Shown here one piece after another: positions 55,296-63,570 of a DNA stretch of 64,000 bases (positions are counted from its first letter, which is position 1; each line of letters opens with the position of its first letter). The translations under genes and the position numbers were made by a program. The DNA is from Rickettsiales bacterium (lineage in GTDB: Bacteria > Pseudomonadota > Alphaproteobacteria > Rs-D84), in assembly GCA_031260805.1 (NCBI GenBank), contig JAISKV010000007.1, positions 4,822 to 68,821 of the forward strand. Reading direction: 5' to 3'. The notes under the pieces are model-generated. The model worked only from the letters and a program-made list of their open reading frames with translations. It did no database searches and had not been told where the DNA came from.

Positions 55296-56879
55296 ATGAA
55301 CATGTATCAGTTTCTGGAATTAAAAGCCGGCGAGACGCCGGACAATTTGTTCCTGACGCGCGAAAAAATAACTTACGCGCAATTTTTGGAAAATATAAAA
55401 AAGAGGGCGGCGACCTTGAAAAAGGCCGGCATAACCGCCGGCGACACCGTCGGGCTGCTGGCGCACAACATTCCCGAATTTCCGCTGGTGTTGTTTGCGA
55501 TATGGTATCTGGGCGGCAAATGCCTGCTGATGGACACCAACCTGACCCCGTTTGAGTACGACAATATGACCAAAACCACCGAATGCAAATTCGTAGTCGC
55601 AGAAAAGTCGTTTTTTTATAACGAAGCGGAATTTAAGTTTATTGACATTTGCGCGGCGGATGACGCGGCGGATGCAGCGTTAAAGCCGTATCCGTCGGAA
55701 TCAACGGATATCGCGACGCTGTCTTTCACCAGCGGCAGCACAGGCACGCCGAAAATCGTGCCGTTGACGCACTTTAACCTGATAGAATGCGCGCATTCGC
55801 TGGAAGATATGAGCCAGTGGCTGCACAAAGGCGATACTTTGTACGGATTTCTGCCGCTGTACCATGTGTTCGGATTTGCAATCGGATTCCTGGCGACTAT
55901 TTATTACAACGCGAACATCCTGCTGCAACCAACGGTAAATCCGACGGCGATACTGGCGGATTTCAAGGAATTCCGGCCGCAAATTATTCCGGCCGTTCCG
56001 CGCCTGTGGGAAGTGTTCCGCAACAAAATCATTGACACCATCAGGTCCCAGCGCAAATGGTGGCTGGTATCAGCCGTGCTGAAATATCAGAAAACCATGC
56101 GCGCATTGGGCCTGGGATTCCTGATACGCAAAGTCCAGCGGCAGATTCTGGATTTGTTCGGCGGCCGCGCCAGACTGCTGGTCGCGGGCGGCGCGGCAAC
56201 CAAGCCGGAAGTGGAAATATTCTATGAACGGCTGGGCCTGACATTTATCCAAGGATACGGTCTGACGGAAACCGTCGGCCCGGTCTGCATTTCCAAACCG
56301 ATGAAACGGCGCGAAGCATTCGCGTTCGGCGCGCCGATTACGAACAACGAATGCGAAATCCGCGACAAGAACGAAGACGGCGTCGGCGTGCTGTGGCTGA
56401 AAGGGCACCAGGTGTTCGGCGGATATCTGAATAATCCGCAGGCCAATGAAGGCGTGTTTGACGACCGCGGGTTCTTTAATACCGGCGACATGGTCACCAT
56501 GGATAAAAACGGCGAATTGCACTTTGCCGGCCGCAAGAAAAATGTTATCGTTCTGGACAGCGGCAAAAATGTCTATAACGACGAACTGGAAGCCTTGTTC
56601 ATGGCAAACATCCCAGATCTGAAAAATGTCGCGGTGTTTGAGTATAAAATCAAGGACAAGACAGTTGTGTACGCGGTGTTTTCCGTGGAAGATGGGATGA
56701 CCATGGATAAACTGGAAGCGGCGGTCGCTGCGACGAACAGAAAAGTCGCAAGTTATAAATGGGTGACGCATTTCGCGCTGACCAAGAAAGATCTGCCGAT
56801 AACCAGCACGCAGAAGATCAAGCATCATGAAGTGCGCAGATTGCTGGACGCAGGCGAATATCCCGCCAAACATAATTAA
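55296..56879 (+). CDS. AMP-dependent acyl-CoA synthetase/ligase
   Basis: AMP-binding motif LSFTSGSTGTPKIV, YGLTET, TGDMVTMDKNGELHFAGRKK. ATG 55296 with SD aaagga. Confidence 0.85.
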   Translation: MNMYQFLELKAGETPDNLFLTREKITYAQFLENIKKRAATLKKAGITAGDTVGLLAHNIPEFPLVLFAIWYLGGKCLLMDTNLTPFEYDNMTKTTECKFVVAEKSFFYNEAEFKFIDICAADDAADAALKPYPSESTDIATLSFTSGSTGTPKIVPLTHFNLIECAHSLEDMSQWLHKGDTLYGFLPLYHVFGFAIGFLATIYYNANILLQPTVNPTAILADFKEFRPQIIPAVPRLWEVFRNKIIDTIRSQRKWWLVSAVLKYQKTMRALGLGFLIRKVQRQILDLFGGRARLLVAGGAATKPEVEIFYERLGLTFIQGYGLTETVGPVCISKPMKRREAFAFGAPITNNECEIRDKNEDGVGVLWLKGHQVFGGYLNNPQANEGVFDDRGFFNTGDMVTMDKNGELHFAGRKKNVIVLDSGKNVYNDELEALFMANIPDLKNVAVFEYKIKDKTVVYAVFSVEDGMTMDKLEAAVAATNRKVASYKWVTHFALTKKDLPITSTQKIKHHEVRRLLDAGEYPAKHN

Positions 56880-56881
56880 AA

Positions 56882-56904
56882 AACGGGCTTGCGCCCGTTT
56901 TTTA
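56882..56904 (+). terminator. Intrinsic terminator of the acyl-CoA synthetase gene
   Basis: aacgggc-ttgc-gcccgtt plus TTTTT. Confidence 0.8.
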
Positions 56905-56905
56905 A

Positions 56906-57011
56906 TAGTTATTAGTTATTAATTGTTAGTTATTATACCATTTTGCATGCCGCAACAATTCCGCCACCACAAACAAAAGTATAATAACTAACAACTAATA
57001 ATTAATAACTA
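56906..57011. repeat. Imperfect 33-nt inverted repeat (word tagttat/taattat) flanking a 40-nt spacer
   Basis: tagttattagttattaattgttagttattatac ... gtataataactaacaactaataattaataacta. Confidence 0.8.
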
Positions 57012-57040
57012 AAATAAATGCGCCTGCGGCGCATTTATTT
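57012..57040 (-). terminator. Stem-loop after the secB stop
   Basis: aaataaatgcgcc-tgc-ggcgcatttattt. Confidence 0.65.
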
Positions 57041-57472
57041 TTATTTTCCTGCTTTGGAATCGTCGTACTTTTTCTGAAAGTCCAGCGGCTGCATCGCGAA
57101 TGCCGGAAATCCGGAATCCCCGGTCAGACGCAGTATTATTTCGCGGACCGCCGGGAACAACAGCGACGGCACTGAAACCAACAGCGTCTGCTTTTGCTCT
57201 TCTTCTAGTTCGGTTTTTTCCATCTGGACCAATCCGGAATAAGTCATGTTAATCTCGAACACGGACTTGTCATCCGCTTCCAGTTTGGAATTCACGCGCA
57301 CGACCAGATCCACCATGAAAATGTTGTTTTCCGTGCCTTTGACCGGAATGTCAATCGCTATGTCCAGTTTCGCCGCGCCATTGTTGTCCTGCTTGAAGAA
57401 AAGTTCCGGGGTGTTGGGACTCTTGAAATTAACATCTTTTAAGAATTGTGATATCAGTTGAAATTTTGCCAT
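57041..57472 (-). CDS. secB: Protein-export chaperone SecB
   Basis: 143 aa. FQLISQFLKDVNFKSPNTPELF, LLFPAVREIILRLTGDSGFP. Confidence 0.88.
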   Translation of the reverse strand: MAKFQLISQFLKDVNFKSPNTPELFFKQDNNGAAKLDIAIDIPVKGTENNIFMVDLVVRVNSKLEADDKSVFEINMTYSGLVQMEKTELEEEQKQTLLVSVPSLLFPAVREIILRLTGDSGFPAFAMQPLDFQKKYDDSKAGK

Positions 57473-57555
57473 TGCGTGCCCTTTGTTTTTTGGGTTGATT
57501 TATGGTATAATATAACAGATAAATTCCATTTTTCAAGTGGGGGAAATTTTTTATT

Positions 57556-58641
57556 ATGAAACACTCTAAATCTTTGCTTTTTGCTATTTGCTCTCTGCTC
57601 TTTCTCTACGGATGCGGCGATTTGACCGATTCCGGCACCAAAACGGACTATCGCGGCGATGTCGGAAACGCCAGGATTCCGGCGAATCTGACGCCGGTTT
57701 CATATTCGCAGTTAAATGGCTGGAACGACGATGATGTCCGGTACGCGCTGCGCGCATTCCGCAATACCTGCCGGGCGACGCTGCAATACGATGGCAAGTC
57801 CGTATCGCCGGACCGCGCCAAGGTCGCGCAGAAATGCGCCGGCATGCCCGCGGAAAACGCCGGCAACAACGAAGTCCGCGACTGGTTCGAGCGACACTTT
57901 CAGCCGTACAAAATCAAAGACGAAGGCGGCAAGGACACCGGGACTTTCACCGGATACTATTCGCCGATGATTCCGGCGTGCCGCGCGAAAACAGCCCATT
58001 GCAGCGAGCCATTGATGGGTGTCCCCAACGACGGCCGCGTGTTCGAGGGCGTTCCGAAAAAGACCATCCTGGAAAAGCAAATCGGCCGCGTGCTGTACTG
58101 GGCGCATCCGGTTGATGTCCAGAATATACAGATCCAGGGCAGCGGTATGCTGAAATTGGAAGACGGGGAATTGATTAAATTGAACTTTGCCGCGGTGAAC
58201 AACATGCCGTTCCGGTCAATCGGCGGCCAATTGCAAGAGCGGGGAATCCGGCCGGACGGCGGATACAGCGCTGATGCGGTCTGGACTTACCTGAAACAGC
58301 ATACGGCGCTGGCGCGCGAAGTTATCAACAATAATCCGCGGTATGTGTACTTTTATGTAAGCGTTCCGCCGGATGTGGTTGGAAAACTTGGAACGCCGCT
58401 GTCAAAAATCCGCAGCATCGCGGTTGACGATTCCATTTATACAATCGGAATGCCTGTGTGGGTGGAAACAAACCTGTCGGACGGACGGCAGTTCAAGAAA
58501 CTGATGATCGCCCAGGATACAGGCGGCGCGATAAAAGGCTGGGTCCGCGCGGATATATTCTTTGGCACCGGGGACGAAGCGTACCAGGTCGCGCACGGCC
58601 AGCACGCCCAGGGCAAGATGTATATATTCATCCCGAAATAA
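57556..58641 (+). CDS. mltA: Membrane-bound lytic murein transglycosylase A
   Basis: Lipobox LLFLYGC-GD. MltA domain (TGYYSP, VDVQNIQIQGSG). 3D domain (IAVDDSIYTIGMPVWVE, AQDTGGAIKG..RADIFFGTGDEA). Confidence 0.88.
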   Translation: MKHSKSLLFAICSLLFLYGCGDLTDSGTKTDYRGDVGNARIPANLTPVSYSQLNGWNDDDVRYALRAFRNTCRATLQYDGKSVSPDRAKVAQKCAGMPAENAGNNEVRDWFERHFQPYKIKDEGGKDTGTFTGYYSPMIPACRAKTAHCSEPLMGVPNDGRVFEGVPKKTILEKQIGRVLYWAHPVDVQNIQIQGSGMLKLEDGELIKLNFAAVNNMPFRSIGGQLQERGIRPDGGYSADAVWTYLKQHTALAREVINNNPRYVYFYVSVPPDVVGKLGTPLSKIRSIAVDDSIYTIGMPVWVETNLSDGRQFKKLMIAQDTGGAIKGWVRADIFFGTGDEAYQVAHGQHAQGKMYIFIPK

Positions 58642-58670
58642 AAAAAACGCGCCGCTGGCGCGTTTTTTTC
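58641..58670. terminator. Bidirectional intrinsic terminator (mltA / yebC)
   Basis: aaaaaaa-acgcgcc-gctg-gcgcgt-ttttttt. Confidence 0.8.
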
Positions 58671-58671
58671 T

Positions 58672-59388
58672 TTAATTCGCGGCGGTAATAACCCGCTGGA
58701 CATCGTCGTTCGCGTCCAATGCGTCCACCAGTTTTTCCAGCCGCGCGTATGTCTCGTCATCCAGATCCATCGGCATATTCGGCAGCCATGTCAGTTCGGC
58801 CCTTTCCGGTTCGCCAAGTTTATCATTCAGCGTTTTTTGCACCGGCATAAAGTTTTCCGGCGCGGTTTTGACTATATACCCGTCAGCGCTGGTTTCCAAA
58901 TCATCAGCCCCGGCGTCCATGATAACTTCCATCATTTCGTCTTCGGATTTGGCGGCGGACGGCGGATAGAAAATAACCCCCGCCCGCGTGAACAAGAACG
59001 ATACGGAATTTTCTTCGCCCATATTTCCGCCGTTCTTGGCGAATATGCTGCGCACTTCCGGCACCGTGCGGCGCGGATTGTCGGTCATCGCTTCTACTAT
59101 AACCGGCACATTTCCAGGTCCGTACCCTTCGTACCGCACGGAAGCATAATTTTCCGCGGATGATCCCTGGGATTTTTCAATCGCCCTTTTGATATTGTCG
59201 TTCGGCATGGAATTCTTGCGCGCCATCAGTATGGCCAGCCGCAGGCGCGGATTATTGTCAGGATTCGCATCCCCCAGTTTTGCCGCCATGGTTATTTCGC
59301 GCGCCAATTTTGTGAACAGCCCTGACCGCGCCGCATCGGCAAGCCCCTTTTTATGCTGAATGTTATGCCATTTGGAATGTCCCGACAT
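58672..59388 (-). CDS. yebC: YebC/PmpR family DNA-binding regulator
   Basis: MSGHSKWHNIQHKKG..., 238 aa. Confidence 0.92.
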   Translation of the reverse strand: MSGHSKWHNIQHKKGLADAARSGLFTKLAREITMAAKLGDANPDNNPRLRLAILMARKNSMPNDNIKRAIEKSQGSSAENYASVRYEGYGPGNVPVIVEAMTDNPRRTVPEVRSIFAKNGGNMGEENSVSFLFTRAGVIFYPPSAAKSEDEMMEVIMDAGADDLETSADGYIVKTAPENFMPVQKTLNDKLGEPERAELTWLPNMPMDLDDETYARLEKLVDALDANDDVQRVITAAN

Positions 59389-59389
59389 C

Positions 59390-59542
59390 GCTCGCCCCGC
59401 TCGCAGTTGTTAATTATTAGTTGTTGATTATTTTTATATAAAAAATCATGAAAGTCAATTTATTTGATTATCGCGCTGTTTCGCTTTATAATCACGGTTG
59501 ATAACTTATAATTAATAATTAATAACTGCGAGCGGAGCGAGC
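59390..59542. repeat. About 42-nt imperfect inverted repeat bracketing the yebC/ruvA divergent promoter region
   Basis: gctcgccccgctcgcagttgttaattattagttgttgattat ... ataacttataattaataattaataactgcgagcggagcgagc. Each arm ends 1-4 nt before the respective ATG. Confidence 0.8.
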
Positions 59543-59545
59543 AAT

Positions 59546-60127
59546 ATGATTGGAAAATTGCAAGGCAAAATAGATTTCATCGGCGAAGACTTTGTCATAC
59601 TGATGGCGGGCGGCGTGGGGTACAAGGTTTATACAACGGCAAATCCCGCGATTGGCGGCGACGCGGATTTATGGATTGAAACAGTCCTGGCCGTTTCAAC
59701 CATGGGGGAAAGCACTCTGCGCCTGTACGGGTTTGACAGCATCGCCGGACTGGATTTGTTCAACAAGTTGCGTTGCGTTTCCGGCATCAGCGCAAAGATA
59801 GCGATTGGGATACTCGGCACACTGGGCGCGGACGCGGCCATCGGCGCGATTGCATCCGGCGACATAAAAACGCTGTCCGCCGCGCCGGGACTGGGCAAGA
59901 AGACCGCCGAGAAACTGGTTGCAGGACTGCAAAAGAAAGTTTCAGGGTTTATGGTTCAGAGTTCGGTACAAAATTCTGAAATATCCGACCTGTTATCAGC
60001 CTTGGAATCCCTGGGGTACAGACGAACCGATGTCGCGGAACTGGCGCAGCGGCTGGCGCGGGAAAATCCGAACGGCAGCGTCGGCGAACTGGTCCGCATG
60101 GCGTTAAAGGAAATAAGCAAGAAATGA
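59546..60127 (+). CDS. ruvA: Holliday junction branch-migration protein RuvA
   Basis: MIGKLQGKI...VGYKVY, HhH motifs (GISAKIAIGIL, PGLGKKTAEKL), 193 aa. Confidence 0.9.
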   Translation: MIGKLQGKIDFIGEDFVILMAGGVGYKVYTTANPAIGGDADLWIETVLAVSTMGESTLRLYGFDSIAGLDLFNKLRCVSGISAKIAIGILGTLGADAAIGAIASGDIKTLSAAPGLGKKTAEKLVAGLQKKVSGFMVQSSVQNSEISDLLSALESLGYRRTDVAELAQRLARENPNGSVGELVRMALKEISKK

Positions 60128-61404
60128 ATGACGCGATTTTCGCCCTTTCGTCCGGCGCGGGGAAATCCGGCGTCGCGGTAATCCGCGTCAGCGGCCCGGA
60201 CCTGCGTGATTTTTTTTCTGAAATCATAAATCATAAATCCGAAATCATAAATCGCCACGCGTACTTTGCCAATCTGTGGGATATTGACCGCGGGATTGTT
60301 ATTTATTTTTCCGCGCCGAATTCTTTCACCGGCCAAGATGTCGTTGAACTGCACAGCCACGGCAGCCCGGCGGTTGTTTCCGCCATTTATGAAAAACTGA
60401 AATCATTCGGATTGCGCATGGCCGCGCCCGGCGAATTCGCGCGGCGCGCATTTGATAACGGCAAGATGGACCTGGCGGAAACAGACGGATTAATCGCATT
60501 GCTGGATGCGCGCACAGACCGCCAGCGCGCCGCAGCGCTGCGGTCCATGATCGGCGGCGACAGCGCGGCATACGAAAACTGGCGCGCGCGGATGATTGAA
60601 ATTTCCGCGTACGCGGCGGCCATTCTGGATTATCCATCCGACGAACTGCCTGAAAACATTTTAGAAACGCTGCGCGCGCGGACCCAGGAATTATATGACG
60701 AAATCACGCGGGCATTATCTTTATACGCCGCGGCGCGCGCAGTGCGCAGCGGATTCAACATTGTCCTGGCCGGCGAGACAAACACTGGAAAATCGTCTTT
60801 GTTCAACCGCTTGGTCGGGCAGTCCCGCGCGATTGTTTCAGACATTGCCGGCACGACGCGCGATGTTATAACAGCGTCTCTGGACATTGACGGATACCTG
60901 GTGAATCTGTCCGATACGGCCGGCCTGCGCGAAACGACGGACGCGGTTGAAAGAATCGGCATTGAAAAAACAAATGCGGAAATTGAAAATGCAGACCTGA
61001 TTCTGCGCGTTTGCACGGGAAGTGAAAAGTTAAAAGTTAAAAGTGAAAATAATGAGATTTTTGTTCTGAATAAATCCGACACCTTAAACCTTAAACCTCA
61101 AACCTCAAACCTTTGCGTTTCAGCCATGACCGGGGACGGCATCCCGGAACTGCTGAATGTTATCAAACAAAAAATTCATGAATCGCTGGACGGCGCGGAA
61201 TCGGAAATATCGCTGAATGCGCGAACGAAATTTTTATTGGAAGCCGCCGCTGAACAATTGCGCAGCGCGTTAAGTGCGGACGCGCCTGAAATATTTGCTG
61301 AATTTATCGGCCGCGCGGCGGACGCAATCGGCCAAATCCTGGGCGTCATCGGCACGGAAGAGATATTGGATGCGACATTTTCCCAATTATGCCTGGGCAA
61401 ATAA
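60124..61404 (+). CDS. mnmE: tRNA modification GTPase MnmE
   Basis: IFALSSGAGKSGVAVIRVSG, G1 GETNTGKSSL, G3 DTAGLRE, G4 NKSD, C-terminal CLGK. ATGA overlap with ruvA. Contains word-repeat tracts in variable loops. Confidence 0.9.
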   Translation: MNDAIFALSSGAGKSGVAVIRVSGPDLRDFFSEIINHKSEIINRHAYFANLWDIDRGIVIYFSAPNSFTGQDVVELHSHGSPAVVSAIYEKLKSFGLRMAAPGEFARRAFDNGKMDLAETDGLIALLDARTDRQRAAALRSMIGGDSAAYENWRARMIEISAYAAAILDYPSDELPENILETLRARTQELYDEITRALSLYAAARAVRSGFNIVLAGETNTGKSSLFNRLVGQSRAIVSDIAGTTRDVITASLDIDGYLVNLSDTAGLRETTDAVERIGIEKTNAEIENADLILRVCTGSEKLKVKSENNEIFVLNKSDTLNLKPQTSNLCVSAMTGDGIPELLNVIKQKIHESLDGAESEISLNARTKFLLEAAAEQLRSALSADAPEIFAEFIGRAADAIGQILGVIGTEEILDATFSQLCLGK

Positions 61405-61470
61405 TTTAAGTTGCCCTGCCCCCTTTAATTTTTGTACAATTGCGGCAGAGAAAAATGAAAGGAATTTCCC

Positions 61471-62547
61471 ATGGCAAAAAAAGAAGTTGCAAAAGAAGTC
61501 GCGGCGGCGCGCAATCCCGCGTTGGACGCGGCCTTGGCCCAAATACAAAAGCAATTTGGCAAAGACGCCATCATGAAAATGGGCGACGGATCCCAGCAGA
61601 ATATTGAATCAATTTCCACAGGATCGCTGGGGCTGGACATCGCGCTGGGCATCGGCGGATATCCAAAGGGGCGCATCGTTGAAATATTTGGACCCGAATC
61701 TTCCGGCAAAACCACGCTGGCGCTGCACGCATGCGCCGAAGCGCAGAAAAAAGGCGGGACTTGCGCGTACATTGATGCTGAAAACGCATTGGATCCGTCA
61801 TACGCGAAAAAACTGGGCGTGGATGTGGCGAACTTGATTATATCCCAGCCATCCAGCGGCGAAGAAGCATTGGAAATCGCGGATACGCTGATTAAATCTG
61901 GCGCGGTTGATGTTGTTGTTATTGATTCGGTCGCGGCGCTGGTGACCAAGGCTGAACTGGAAGGCAACATGGGCGACACTTATATGGGCACAGTCGCGCG
62001 CCTGATGTCGCAGTCCTTGAAAAAACTGGCGGGCAGCGTGTCGCGCAGCAATACTCTGCTGGTGTTCATCAATCAGATCCGGATGAAAATCGGCGTTATG
62101 TTCGGATCCCCGGAAACAACATCCGGCGGAAACGCTCTGAAATTCTATGCATCCGTGCGCCTGGATATCCGCCGCATAGGACAGATTAAGGATAAAGATG
62201 AGGTTATCGGAAACGAAACCCGGGTCAAGGTTATCAAGAACAAGGTCGCGCCGCCTTTCCGCGTCGTGGATTTCAAGATTATGTTCGGCGAAGGAATTTC
62301 GCGCATCAGCGAAATTCTGGACATGGGCGTGAAATACAACATCATTGACAAGGCCGGCAGTTTCTATTCGTATAACAGCGAACGCATCGGCCAGGGCGAG
62401 GCTAACGCGCGCCAATGGATAAAAGATCATCCGGAAACGCAGGCGGAACTGTTGAAAAAAATCATGGACAAATCCAGCGGAATCGCCGAAGAAATGACCA
62501 CCGGCCCCAGCGACGACGACGATGCGGACGACGGCAGCCCGGAATAA
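61471..62547 (+). CDS. recA: Recombinase RecA
   Basis: Walker [64 protein letters not shown]. Acidic tail. Confidence 0.96.
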   Translation: MAKKEVAKEVAAARNPALDAALAQIQKQFGKDAIMKMGDGSQQNIESISTGSLGLDIALGIGGYPKGRIVEIFGPESSGKTTLALHACAEAQKKGGTCAYIDAENALDPSYAKKLGVDVANLIISQPSSGEEALEIADTLIKSGAVDVVVIDSVAALVTKAELEGNMGDTYMGTVARLMSQSLKKLAGSVSRSNTLLVFINQIRMKIGVMFGSPETTSGGNALKFYASVRLDIRRIGQIKDKDEVIGNETRVKVIKNKVAPPFRVVDFKIMFGEGISRISEILDMGVKYNIIDKAGSFYSYNSERIGQGEANARQWIKDHPETQAELLKKIMDKSSGIAEEMTTGPSDDDDADDGSPE

Positions 62548-62549
62548 AA

Positions 62550-62572
62550 AACGCGGCACAGCCGCGTTTTTT
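62550..62572 (+). terminator. recA intrinsic terminator
   Basis: aacgcggc-aca-gccgcgtt plus TTTT. Confidence 0.8.
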
Positions 62573-62610
62573 ATAGGTATAAGGTTTGAGGTTTAAGGTG
62601 TGATGTATAA

Positions 62611-62698
62611 AGGCCTTCGTCACCCCGGGCCACGACCCGGGGTCCATGACTCAATGGATTCCGGGTTTCGCTCCGCTCCCCCGGAATGACGACTGGTG
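62611..62698. repeat. REP-like palindromic element (inverted copy of 49431-49515)
   Basis: aggccttcgtcaccccgggccacgacccggggtccatgactcaatggattccgggtttcgctccgctcccccggaatgacgactggtgg. Confidence 0.85.
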
Positions 62699-62844
62699 GT
62701 GGTTAAGTGCGTGGGAATGACGATGAAAATCGCTGCTCGTTGCTAAATTGCCAGTTTCTCGTTAAAAAAACGGCTGGCCGTTTTTTCTTGCAATAACGAC
62801 GGATATTTTTCTAAAATACCTGCATGAACATGTTTATCCCGCGG

Positions 62845-62879
62845 CTCTTCTCTTCTCTTCTCTTCTCTTCTCTTCTCTT
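62845..62879 (+). repeat. (CTCTT)7 pentanucleotide tract inside a signal-peptide coding region
   Basis: Counted directly: ctctt x7 at 62845-62879, followed by cc. The upstream ATG at 62824 is in frame with the tract. Confidence 0.95.
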
Positions 62880-62923
62880 CCCATGCGGACGATCTGGCGT
62901 CAACGAATTTCGTATCTGATTAC

Positions 62924-63565
62924 TTGTCGCACGGGTGGGGCATTATCGCACCGAACACGCCGGCCAGTCAATTGGCGACAATAAAATATGTCGCGCAAAT
63001 CATAGACTGGGCAAATCTGCAACGAACCGGCACCGCCACCACGAATGCTGCAAAATGGGGCGAAAACAAACTTATATCCGGGATTGCGGCGCGGGATTAC
63101 ATGGATGCGCGGATTCGGAATTATCCGGCGTACTGCGCTGATGCAAATCGCAATTACTGCAATGTCGGAACCAATTGCTATGACTATGTGAATAACCGCG
63201 CTTTCACGATGTGGGATGGGACTTTGTTCAATCCGCGCGTCTTGATAAACGGGAAACTTTCTGTCCGCGCCAGATCAAATTCTTTTGGCATACGCGCGCT
63301 TACCTGGGCGTGCCGCACAGGCAATTCCGCGCCGCCGGGGAATGCAGGCGCGGATTGCGACGCGGGCAATCAAAAGTATTGCTGGTGCAGTTTTTCACGC
63401 GATCCGGATACTGACCCGGATACATTTGTAAATGGCAAATGGTCCAGTTGGATATTCGGCTATGATTATACCAATTATTACTCTGTGCAGAACGATTGCC
63501 TTTCGTCATGCGCCGCCGCATGCAACGACAGAATTGTAACCTTGGCGCCGCAAGTATCATGGTAA
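62924..63565 (+). CDS. Cys-rich exported protein, probable phase-variable gene (5' end 62824-62923 currently out of frame)
   Basis: The track ORF starts at a TTG. ATG 62824 plus the CTCTT tract encodes MNMFIPR(LFSSL)n but terminates at 62917-62919 with 7 units. With 8 units it reads ...LFSSHA-DDLASTNFVSDYLSHGWG, joining this ORF. 10 Cys. No known domain. Confidence 0.6.
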   Translation: MSHGWGIIAPNTPASQLATIKYVAQIIDWANLQRTGTATTNAAKWGENKLISGIAARDYMDARIRNYPAYCADANRNYCNVGTNCYDYVNNRAFTMWDGTLFNPRVLINGKLSVRARSNSFGIRALTWACRTGNSAPPGNAGADCDAGNQKYCWCSFSRDPDTDPDTFVNGKWSSWIFGYDYTNYYSVQNDCLSSCAAACNDRIVTLAPQVSW

Positions 63566-63570
63566 TGCAA

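Noticed and set aside
56070-56873. 267-aa minus-strand ORF inside the acyl-CoA synthetase gene
   Set aside because: It is an antisense shadow of a gene with an intact AMP-binding signature and has no independent support.
61798-62559. 253-aa minus-strand ORF inside recA
   Set aside because: It is antisense to recA, whose identity is unambiguous.
17521-62613. Possibility that the word repeats are CRISPR arrays
   Set aside because: There are no regularly spaced identical repeats with unique spacers. Units are 6-9 nt, degenerate and contiguous or palindromic, and no cas genes are present.
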